Shown here: one piece after another, positions 47,486 through 55,444 of the stretch
Layout: each line of letters opens with the position of its first letter
Position numbering within the stretch: position 1 is the stretch's first letter
NCBI GenBank assembly: GCA_965228475.1
Contig: OZ245817.1
Coordinates: 1,824,001 to 1,888,000, forward strand
Source: Myxococcota bacterium
Lineage (GTDB): Bacteria > Myxococcota_A > UBA9160 > JAFDDA01
Length of the DNA: 64,000 bases
Reading direction: 5' to 3'
The notes under the pieces: generated by a model
Database searches by the model: none
What the model saw: the letters and a program-made list of their open reading frames with translations, nothing else
Told to the model about the DNA's origin: nothing
Position numbers and translations under genes: made by a program

Positions 47486-48271
47486 ATGAAGAAACTGATT
47501 CTGTTGGCATCCATCATTGCGCTCGCGCCGGCCGGCTCCGCCAAGGCGGCGATGATCGCGGGCTTCGATCACAACTCCTACGTCGCAGGCTTCTTGTCGA
47601 CGGACGGCGCGACCCTCGTCGACACGCTCGACGCGCGCTACTCGGACTTCGACCCGACCTTCGGTGCGGGCGCGGAAGCCGGCGCCTTCGGCACGCTCTA
47701 CATGGACGGCTCGTTCGGCTCCACGGCGACGCCGCTCGACGGCTCGGACCCCTACACCTCGACCTCGGGCAGCCTTTCCTCGAACGTGACGGCTCCGGTG
47801 AACGGTGAGCCGGCCGGCGACGTGCCCTTCGGCTCGACGACGGTGCTGACTTCCGAGGGCGTGGCTCCGTTCGGTTCCGAGATCAAGATGGTGGCCAACG
47901 CGGCGACCAGCGTCGTCTACTCGGCGGACCTGTCCTCGATCGCCTCGGTCGGTGACAACTGGAACCTGAGCTTCGCGGGCCAGACGCCGATCGGTACGGC
48001 CACGGTCGGCATCGAGTTCTCGACGGACGGCGCGAACTACGTGGTGGTCGGTGACGAGACCCTGAACACCGTGGACTCGACCTTCAACGTCGTCCTCGGC
48101 GGTGGCCCGTCGGCCCAGGCGTTCATCCGCCTGACCTTCGACGCCAACCAGCCCTTCATCGACAACCTGGCGATCTTCGCCGACGTGTCGGCCGTGCCGG
48201 AGCCGGCGAGCCTCGCGCTCGTCGCCAGCGGCCTGGTCGCTCTCGCGACGGTCCGCCGCCGCCGCGCCTAG
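47486..48271 (+). CDS. PEP-CTERM surface protein
   Basis: MKKLILLAS signal; IDNLAIF; VPEPASLALVASGLVALATVRRRRA. Confidence 0.93.
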   Translation: MKKLILLASIIALAPAGSAKAAMIAGFDHNSYVAGFLSTDGATLVDTLDARYSDFDPTFGAGAEAGAFGTLYMDGSFGSTATPLDGSDPYTSTSGSLSSNVTAPVNGEPAGDVPFGSTTVLTSEGVAPFGSEIKMVANAATSVVYSADLSSIASVGDNWNLSFAGQTPIGTATVGIEFSTDGANYVVVGDETLNTVDSTFNVVLGGGPSAQAFIRLTFDANQPFIDNLAIFADVSAVPEPASLALVASGLVALATVRRRRA

Positions 48272-48306
48272 CGGGAGCGGTTCGGTTCGAATCAGTAGCC
48301 AGAATC

Positions 48307-48342
48307 GGGACCGCCACCTTCGGGTGGCGGTCCCAACCTTTT
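48307..48342 (+). terminator. Rho-independent terminator
   Basis: GGGACCGCCACC-TTCG-GGTGGCGGTCCC followed by AACCTTTT. Confidence 0.8.
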
Positions 48343-48359
48343 CGAGAGGTCTCTTCTCC

Positions 48360-49214
48360 ATGCGCATCGCAGCCGTCGCCACCGCTCTTCTCCTGCTCGC
48401 CTGTCTCGTCTCGCCGCCGTTCGCATCCGCAGACGCGGGGCGCATGACGAGTGACCTTCCCGAGCACGACGCCTCGGATCCCGGGGCCGCGCCGGTGACG
48501 GCCGACAATCTCGAGCAGGCCGCGCGCTTCTGGCCCTTCCGCGTGGCCGTCCGGGAGGCTTGGAAGGCCCCGGGCACGGCCAAGACGATTCGCCCGCAGT
48601 TCCCGGGCGTTCTGGTCCGGGTGGAGCCCGAAGGGATCGCCCGGATCGACTTCGGCCGCGATGGCGTCCACCGGGTTCCCGTCGCCGCGACCGACCTTCT
48701 CGAGCGAGCGAACGCGATCCGCCTGGGCCGTGAGCCGAAGACCGCGCCGAACTTCCTGTACATGGTGGCACCGCGCCTGCTCGATTCGCGGCCCGGTTCT
48801 CTCGGATCCTTCGACTATGCCGAGGTGGCCGCGCACGAGCGCTATCTGCTCGTCTTCGCCGACGTCACGAAGCCCGGGTTCGCGGACCTCGCCGCCTCGC
48901 TACGAACGGTTGCGGGGCGGCAGGATCTTCTGCCCGTCGTTTTTCCGCAGGGCCGCGTCGAGGACGTCGTCGTTCGCGACCGCCTGCGCGAGCTCGAGTT
49001 CGAAGCCGCCTTCGTCTACGACCACCTCTCGGAGGGCTACAGCAAGGCGCTGCTCGAGAGCGCGACGCCGATGCCGGCGGTGATGGTCGTCGACCAGGAG
49101 GGGCGCGCCGAGTTCGGAGAGCCGTGGTCCGCGCGAACGGAGCAGGCGTTCATCGGGCGGCTCGCTGGCGCGGCTACTCCGTCGCGCGCGGGGTCATCGT
49201 CACGATCTCGATGA
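48360..49214 (+). CDS. Exported hypothetical protein, possible Cys-less thioredoxin-like C-terminal fold
   Basis: Signal ending ASA; YLLVFAD...MPAVMVVDQEGR. Confidence 0.6.
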   Translation: MRIAAVATALLLLACLVSPPFASADAGRMTSDLPEHDASDPGAAPVTADNLEQAARFWPFRVAVREAWKAPGTAKTIRPQFPGVLVRVEPEGIARIDFGRDGVHRVPVAATDLLERANAIRLGREPKTAPNFLYMVAPRLLDSRPGSLGSFDYAEVAAHERYLLVFADVTKPGFADLAASLRTVAGRQDLLPVVFPQGRVEDVVVRDRLRELEFEAAFVYDHLSEGYSKALLESATPMPAVMVVDQEGRAEFGEPWSARTEQAFIGRLAGAATPSRAGSSSRSR

Positions 49215-49806
49215 TCCCGTTGTCCTCTTCGACGGAGATCTGCCACGGGCGGAAGACGGGCCGCGCCTCGGCATGCGCCTCGAAGCGGCGGAAGATGCCG
49301 AGGGGCATTCCGCGGAAGACGGCCACGGCGCGATCGGTGGGCGCCTCCTCCGCGGCGAAGAAGGTCCCCATCCACTCGAAGACGAAAGCCGGTTCGGTCG
49401 TGACCCAGGGGGAGTCCGGGTTCGTGAGCCGGTTCTTCGAGTACTGCCGCTGGAAGATGGCGGCCGCGAGCCAGTAGGCCTCGCTCGCCTCGGGGCTCTC
49501 GGGGTGGAGCGTGCGGATCAGGGTCAGCAGGCGATAGGGCTCTTCGAGGCGCCGCTCGGCGACGCCGGCGCGCGCGCGCGCGAGCAGGAGGGCCGGGCTC
49601 GCGAGGAGTTCTTCCCCGCCGGGGAGTTCTTCCTCGCTCGTCGCACCGAGCAGGCCGAACTTTCGGTCGATCAGGTCGAGGCGCCGTTCGACTTCGGCCA
49701 GGCGTTCGTCGAGCGTGGTGTCCGAGGCCGCGGGTGCCGCGGAGGTCGAGAACGGTAGGGCCACCGTGCCGAGCCAGGCGGAGGCCAGCAGAACGCTCTT
49801 GCGCAT
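49174..49806 (-). CDS. Exported hypothetical protein (short coiled coil + TPR-like helices)
   Basis: Signal peptide; LDERLAEVERRL; HPESPEASEAYW; GAGGA RBS. Confidence 0.65.
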   Translation of the reverse strand: MRKSVLLASAWLGTVALPFSTSAAPAASDTTLDERLAEVERRLDLIDRKFGLLGATSEEELPGGEELLASPALLLARARAGVAERRLEEPYRLLTLIRTLHPESPEASEAYWLAAAIFQRQYSKNRLTNPDSPWVTTEPAFVFEWMGTFFAAEEAPTDRAVAVFRGMPLGIFRRFEAHAEARPVFRPWQISVEEDNGIIEIVTMTPRATE

Positions 49807-49840
49807 GGTCGATCCTCGGGTGGGTGGGGCGGCTCGCGGC

Positions 49841-50458
49841 CTAGAACTGGCCGCCTTCGAGGCGGGGGTTCAGGAAGCGTCGCTCGCGGATGGGTGCGCC
49901 GCCGGACCACTCCTTGGGCGGTCCCGGAGGCGGGGCCGGCTCGGGGGTGAATCCGAGATCCCGGAGGGCTTCGAGGTCGCCCTCGGCGCGGAGCTGGTCG
50001 ACGTAGGGCACGTTGCCGAGCGCCGCCATCTCGAAGACCGTCACGCCGGCCTTGCGCTCGTTCGGGATGCCGGTCACCCGGCCTGCGTAGACGTCGTTCA
50101 GGTACTCCCAGTCGGCGCGCCGGAAGGCGTCGTCGCGGTCGACACGAGGGCTTCTCGGGACGACGTCATCGGCGCCGGCGCTCCAGAGGCGCGGGCTCCG
50201 GTCGTTTCGCTCGAGGGCAGGGCGGGCGGTCTCGCGGGGCGCCGTCTCCCTCCGCGGATCCGCGCCGCGCCGCGCGAGTTCGGCCATGACCTGGGCTTCG
50301 AACTCGTGGGCGAGGTAGGCCGCTTCGTCGCTCACCGGAGCGGGCCGTGCGGGCGGGCGGGCATCGGGCCTCTCGGAGCGCTCCCAGGGCACGAACCAGG
50401 CACCGGCGGCGACGCCGCAGAGCGCGAGGACGGTCGCGATTTCGAGTCGACGGGCCAA
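49841..50458 (-). CDS. Hypothetical membrane-anchored protein
   Basis: TTG start after GGAGAG; N-terminal hydrophobic IATVLALCGVAAGAWFV; protein-like tail DWEYLNDVYAGR. Confidence 0.55.
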   Translation of the reverse strand: MARRLEIATVLALCGVAAGAWFVPWERSERPDARPPARPAPVSDEAAYLAHEFEAQVMAELARRGADPRRETAPRETARPALERNDRSPRLWSAGADDVVPRSPRVDRDDAFRRADWEYLNDVYAGRVTGIPNERKAGVTVFEMAALGNVPYVDQLRAEGDLEALRDLGFTPEPAPPPGPPKEWSGGAPIRERRFLNPRLEGGQF

Positions 50459-50562
50459 ACGGGTCTCTCCCGCCGGCAGTGTATCGACGGAACGGAGTCG
50501 GCCCGGTTGCAGCCGTGCGACGATGCGGTGAAGGAATCGCGTTCTTCGGGGCGCAGCGCGCC

Positions 50563-51573
50563 CTAGCCGCGGAGTTCGGCCATGGCCGCGGCGCGTTCTC
50601 CTGCGGGCAGGAAGTCGAGGGCGCTCATCAGCCGGTCGACGCGGCCGCCGAAGCGCTCCTTCATGCGGGCGACCACCTCGCCGGGCGCCGCCACGACGGC
50701 GAACTGTTCGAGGATCTCGTCCGTGATGAGGGTGCCCATCTCTTCCCACTTGCCCTGCTTCGAGAGGTGGTTGAGCTCGGTCTGGAGCTCGCCCCAGCCG
50801 TGGGCTTCGAGCACGCCGCGGTAGGCGGGCGTCGAGCCGTAGAAGGCGATCTGCCGCGTGATGCCGGTGCGAGCGGCCTCGAAGGCCTTCTCGTCCTCCC
50901 CGGTGACGACGAAGCCGGGCAGGGTGAGGGTGAAGTCGCTGCGGCTGCGGCCGGCCTTCTCGAGGCCGCGCTCGATGGCGGGGAGCGTCACCTCGTCGAG
51001 GTACTTCGGCGTGGTGAAGGCGTGCACGATCATGCCGTCGGCGACTTCGCCCGCCGTCTCCGTCATGCGCGGGCCGACGGCCGCGAGGTAGACGCGCGGC
51101 GGGCCGTATTCCGTGTCCGTCGGCGTGAACATGGGCGTCATCAGCGTGTGGGTGTAGAACTCGCCGCGGAAGTCGAGGGGCTTGCCCTCGTACCAGTTCG
51201 CCCAGATCGCGCGGGTGGCGAGGATGAGTTCGCGCATGCGGGCCGCCGGGCTCGACCACGGCATGCTGAAGCGCTTCTGGATGTGCGGACGGATCTGCGA
51301 GCCGAGCCCGAGGATGAAGCGGCCCTTCGAGTAGGCGTTCAGGTCGTGGCCGAGGTTCGCGAGCAGCATCGGGTTGCGCGCGAAGGCGACCGCGATCGAG
51401 GTCATGAGTTCGATGCGCTCGGTGTGCTCGGCGGCGAGGGTGAGCGGCAGGAACGGGTCGTGGGCCATCTCGGCGGTGATCAGGCCGTCGAAGCCTGCTT
51501 GCTCGAGGGCACGGGCGCGTTCGGCGACCTCCCCGAGGCCTCCCATCAAGCCGGCATCGATCTTCATCGGCAT
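50563..51573 (-). CDS. LLM-class probable F420-dependent oxidoreductase
   Basis: HDPFLPL, AVAFARNP, GRFILGLGSQIRPHI, FYGSTPAY. Confidence 0.9.
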   Translation of the reverse strand: MPMKIDAGLMGGLGEVAERARALEQAGFDGLITAEMAHDPFLPLTLAAEHTERIELMTSIAVAFARNPMLLANLGHDLNAYSKGRFILGLGSQIRPHIQKRFSMPWSSPAARMRELILATRAIWANWYEGKPLDFRGEFYTHTLMTPMFTPTDTEYGPPRVYLAAVGPRMTETAGEVADGMIVHAFTTPKYLDEVTLPAIERGLEKAGRSRSDFTLTLPGFVVTGEDEKAFEAARTGITRQIAFYGSTPAYRGVLEAHGWGELQTELNHLSKQGKWEEMGTLITDEILEQFAVVAAPGEVVARMKERFGGRVDRLMSALDFLPAGERAAAMAELRG

Positions 51574-51590
51574 CCTCTCCTCGCGCCGGA

Positions 51591-53110
51591 TCAGGGGCGG
51601 GCGCGCTTCGCCCGCACCCTAGCAGGGCCGCGGGTGCCGCCGAAATCCGCAAGGGCCTGTGCCATCCGCTCGATGCCTTCGCCGATGGCCTCGGGGGAGA
51701 GGGCCGCGTACCCGAGCAGGAAGCCCGCGCGCTCCGGAGGCCGGGCGTAGTAGGGGTGGATCGGGTAGAGGCCGACGCCCCGCTGCTCGCAGGCGCGACG
51801 GAAGACGGACTCCTCGCTGCGAGGGAGGTCCGGGATCCAGAGCAGCCCGTGCAGGCCCGCCCGGGTGCCCTCGAGCTCCGCCGCTTCGGGCAGGTGCCGG
51901 CGACGGCGGCCTCGAGGGCTTCGCGCCGCCTGCCGTTCAGGACGCGCGCCCGCCGCACGTGTCGTTCGAGGTGGCCTTCCTCGATGAACTCGGCGAGCAC
52001 GCGCTGCTCGAGGTTCGAGGAGCCGGTGTCCGCGTAGGCCTTCGCGAGGGTGAAGGGGCGCACGAGCGCTTCGGGGAGCACCAGCCAACCGAGTCGGAGA
52101 GAAGGGAAGAGGACCTTGCTCGCGGTGCCGAGGTAGAGCACGTGCCCGCCGCGGTCGAGCCCTTGCAGGGAAGGTACGGGGCGCCCTTCGTAGCGGTACT
52201 CGCCGTCGTAGTCGTCCTCGAGCACGAAGGCGCGTTCGCGCTCCGCCCAGGAGAGCAGGGCGAGGCGTCGCTCGAGCGAAAGCACGCCTCCCGTCGGGAA
52301 CTGGTGCGAGGGCGTGACGCACACGCCGCGCAGGCCGCCTTGCGTCTCGAGTTCGTCGATGCGCAGACCCTCGCCGTCGACGGGGACCGGCACGACCTCG
52401 GCGCCGTAGGCGGCCAGGGCGTAGCGGAAGCCCGAGTAGTGGGGCTCTTCGAGGGCGATGCGGTCGCCCGGGTCGAGCAGGACGCGGCCGATCAGATCGA
52501 TCGCCTGCTGCGAACCGTGCGTGATCAGGATCTGTTCCGGGCGGCAGGCGACGCCGCGTGCGCGCCGCAGGTATCCGGCCAGGGCCTCGCGGAGCTCCGG
52601 GGCGCCGGCCGGTTCCCCGTAGGCGAGCTTGCGCACGCTGGCGCGCCGGGCGTGCCGGCCGAGCAGGCGGCACCAGGTCTCGAGGGGGAGGTCGCCGTAC
52701 GCCGGTTCGCCGTAGCGGAAGTCGTAGGGGAGGTTCTTGCGCGGGATGGCCCAGCTGACGCCGCCGCGCGGGGCCATGCCGACCATGCGCACGGCGGCCT
52801 GCGAGAGCGCAAGGGCCGGGCGGTCCGCTGCGCTTCGGGGCGCCGCGGGTTCGGCGGGGAGGGCCGCGTCGTCCGGCAGGCTCCCGGCCACGTAGGTTCC
52901 CGATCCGGTCTTCGCGACCACGTAGCCTTCGTCGCGGAGCTGGTCGTAGGCCTGGAGCAGGGTGTTTCGCGAGACGCCGAGCTCCCGCGCCAGGAGCCGG
53001 GTCGCCGGGAGGCGCGCGCCACGCCGAAGGCTTCCTTCAAGGATGGCACCACGGAGTGCCCGGTAGGCCTGCTGGTGGAGGGCGCCTTCGCCGTCGAGTT
53101 CGAGCCACAT
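51591..53110 (-). pseudogene. MocR/GabR family regulator (GntR HTH + PLP aminotransferase), frameshifted near 51900
   Basis: LPATRLLARELGVSRNT, TPSHQFPTG, EDDYDGEY, SKVLFPSLRLG; C-terminus AGLH..LLGYA continues in another frame; one missing C restores it. Confidence 0.8.
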
Positions 53111-53187
53111 GGGGCCTCCAATTGGCTCCATCCATACGATAGAAACGGCTCTTGTGGAAGGGCCTATTTCGGGCGAGTGTGGAAACC

Positions 53188-53994
53188 ATGGCGGCCGACG
53201 TCGACGGATTCCTGCGGCACTTCGTGGCCTTCGGCGCGCGCCCGGACACGGAGCGCTACCTCCGCCTGTTCCACCCCGAGGCGACCCTGTTCGACGCGGG
53301 CATGCCGCAGCCGATCACGGTGCCGGAGATTCCGGAGCACATCGAGGGGATCCTGAAGCTCGTCCCGGACTTCCGCATGACCCCGGAACGCTGGCGCGAG
53401 CGCGGGGGGACGCTCTTCGTCGAGGCGCGCAACACCGCGAGCCTCGGCACGACCGCCCTCGATTGGCGCTCGGTCTACTGCATGGACCTCTCGGAAGACC
53501 GCGTCCTGCGCGGCCGCCGCTACTACGACCGGCGGGCCCTCTACGGGAAGCTCGACCCGACCCTCCCGAGTCTGCCCGCGCCCGACCCGGCTGCGACACC
53601 GGAATGCGTCGATCCGGCCGAGGCCGAGCCGTGCTTCGATGCCGACGAGAGGACACGCCGCCTCGGGGAAGCCCTCGAGGCCGGCAACGCGGCGGAGCTC
53701 GCGGCGCTCTTCCGGGACGACGCGACCCTCGCGAGCCCGGAGCTCGGCCGCCCCTTCGCGCGCAGCGAGCTCACCGCGTGGCACGCGGCCCTTCATCGTC
53801 TCCTCCCGGGTCTGCGCTTCGAACGGCTCGCGTTCGCCGGCGACGCCGCGCTCTCCTTCGCCGAGTGGCGCGTCACCTGCGGTCCGATCTCGTTCACGCG
53901 CGTCGACCGGCTCGACTGCGCCGCGGGCTCGATTCTTGCGGCCCGCGCCTACTTCGACACCCTCGAACTCGCAACACGGTTGGAGGCCCGGTGA
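53188..53994 (+). CDS. Tandem SnoaL/NTF2-like domain protein
   Basis: LFHPEATL..RRYYD and LFRDDATL..RAYFD. Confidence 0.75.
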   Translation: MAADVDGFLRHFVAFGARPDTERYLRLFHPEATLFDAGMPQPITVPEIPEHIEGILKLVPDFRMTPERWRERGGTLFVEARNTASLGTTALDWRSVYCMDLSEDRVLRGRRYYDRRALYGKLDPTLPSLPAPDPAATPECVDPAEAEPCFDADERTRRLGEALEAGNAAELAALFRDDATLASPELGRPFARSELTAWHAALHRLLPGLRFERLAFAGDAALSFAEWRVTCGPISFTRVDRLDCAAGSILAARAYFDTLELATRLEAR

Positions 53995-54428
53995 CCCTTT
54001 CCGCCGAAGCGACGAGCGCCATCGAGAAGTTCATCGTCGGCGCGCCCTACGGCCAGCTGCTCGGCCTCACCTGCGAGCGCATCGAGCCCGACCGCGTGTG
54101 CGTACGCCTGCCGTACCGGGAGGCGCTGACGACCCTCGGCGAAATGGTGCACGGGGGCGCGATCGCGTCGCTCGTCGACGTGGCGGCGACGGCCGCGGCC
54201 TGGGCCCACCCGGAGGCGAGCTTCGGCGCCCGGGGCACGACCGTCGGCTTCAACGTCAACTATCTCGCACCGGGGCTCGGATGCGACCTGGTCGCCGACG
54301 CGCGCATCGTGAAGCGCGGTGGCTCGCTTTGCGTGATCGACGTCGCCGTCGCCAGCCCGGAAGAGACGCCCGTCGCCCGCGCCCTCGTCACCTACAAGCT
54401 CTCGCTGGCCCGGCCGGCGGACGCCTAG
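53991..54428 (+). CDS. PaaI family thioesterase
   Basis: VHGGAIASLVD, VNYLAP; GTGA overlap. Confidence 0.9.
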   Translation: MTLSAEATSAIEKFIVGAPYGQLLGLTCERIEPDRVCVRLPYREALTTLGEMVHGGAIASLVDVAATAAAWAHPEASFGARGTTVGFNVNYLAPGLGCDLVADARIVKRGGSLCVIDVAVASPEETPVARALVTYKLSLARPADA

Positions 54429-54437
54429 GAGTCCCGC

Positions 54438-55370
54438 ATGTCGGATCTCGCACGCTTCCTCGAGTACGCCCGCGCCTTCGAACTCGCCCAGGCGATCGAC
54501 GACTTCTCCCTGATCGAACCCTTCTTCGCGGCCGACGCCGTCCACTTCGTCGCGGGGTCGGGGCCGTTGGCCGCCGACGACCACGGCCGCGAAGCGGTCG
54601 TCGCCGGACTGCGGGCCAGCGTGCAGGGCCTCGACCGCCGCTTCGACCTGCGGGTTCCGGAGATCCTCGAAGGCCCGGTTCCCCGGGAAGACGGCGTCTG
54701 GATGCGCTTCGGCCTGCGCATGCAGCGGGCCGGACTGCCCGACCTGGTCTTCGAGGGGGAGCACCTGACGCGCTACGACGACGCCGGCGCCATCGTGCGG
54801 ATCGACGAGAAGATCCTCGGCGACGGCGAAGCCGAAGTCGCGGAGTACCTGGCCCAGCACGACCACGCGCTGCGTCCCGCGGCGAGTCCGGCCGATCTGC
54901 CCGGGGAGACCGGGCTCGCCACCCTCCGGGATGCCCAGCAGCGAAGCCTCGTGCGGGCCTACGGCCATGCGAAGAGCGCCCGCGACGCGGACGCGGCCCT
55001 GGCCGTCTGCCACCCGGACTTCCGGATCGACACGCTGCCGTTCCGGCTCTGCACGAAGGATCGCGACGACACGCGCAACCAGCTCGCGGTCTTCTTCTCG
55101 GTCTTCCCGGACTACCGCGTCGAGACCGAAGCGGTCGTGGCCGGGGCGGATGGCGCCGCGTGGTGGGGCACGATGAGCGTGACCTTCGCGGGCGCCCTGC
55201 TCGGCATCGAGCCGACCGGGCGGGCGAGCCGTCAGCCGGCCTTCTCGGCCTTCGATTTCAAGGATGGACTCTTGAGCCGCGAGCGGTTCTACTTCGATCT
55301 CGGCACCCTGTGCGAGAACACCGGGATGCCCGCTGCGGAGCTCGAGCGCGCCCTGGCGCTCCTGCGCTGA
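54438..55370 (+). CDS. Tandem SnoaL-like / ester cyclase domain protein
   Basis: FFAADAV; FPDY..GIEPTGR..FKDGLLSRERFYFD. Confidence 0.8.
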   Translation: MSDLARFLEYARAFELAQAIDDFSLIEPFFAADAVHFVAGSGPLAADDHGREAVVAGLRASVQGLDRRFDLRVPEILEGPVPREDGVWMRFGLRMQRAGLPDLVFEGEHLTRYDDAGAIVRIDEKILGDGEAEVAEYLAQHDHALRPAASPADLPGETGLATLRDAQQRSLVRAYGHAKSARDADAALAVCHPDFRIDTLPFRLCTKDRDDTRNQLAVFFSVFPDYRVETEAVVAGADGAAWWGTMSVTFAGALLGIEPTGRASRQPAFSAFDFKDGLLSRERFYFDLGTLCENTGMPAAELERALALLR

Positions 55371-55444
55371 CGGCGCCGATTCATCGCTCCCGCGCCTGAC
55401 CATCGCTCCGGTGGCGATGGGGCCGGGGGCCGGAAGGACCTGCC

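Noticed and set aside
49841..53131. Apparent 1096-aa MocR fusion protein
   Set aside because: Caused by the frameshift near 51900 reading off-frame through the LLM gene into a separate downstream ORF
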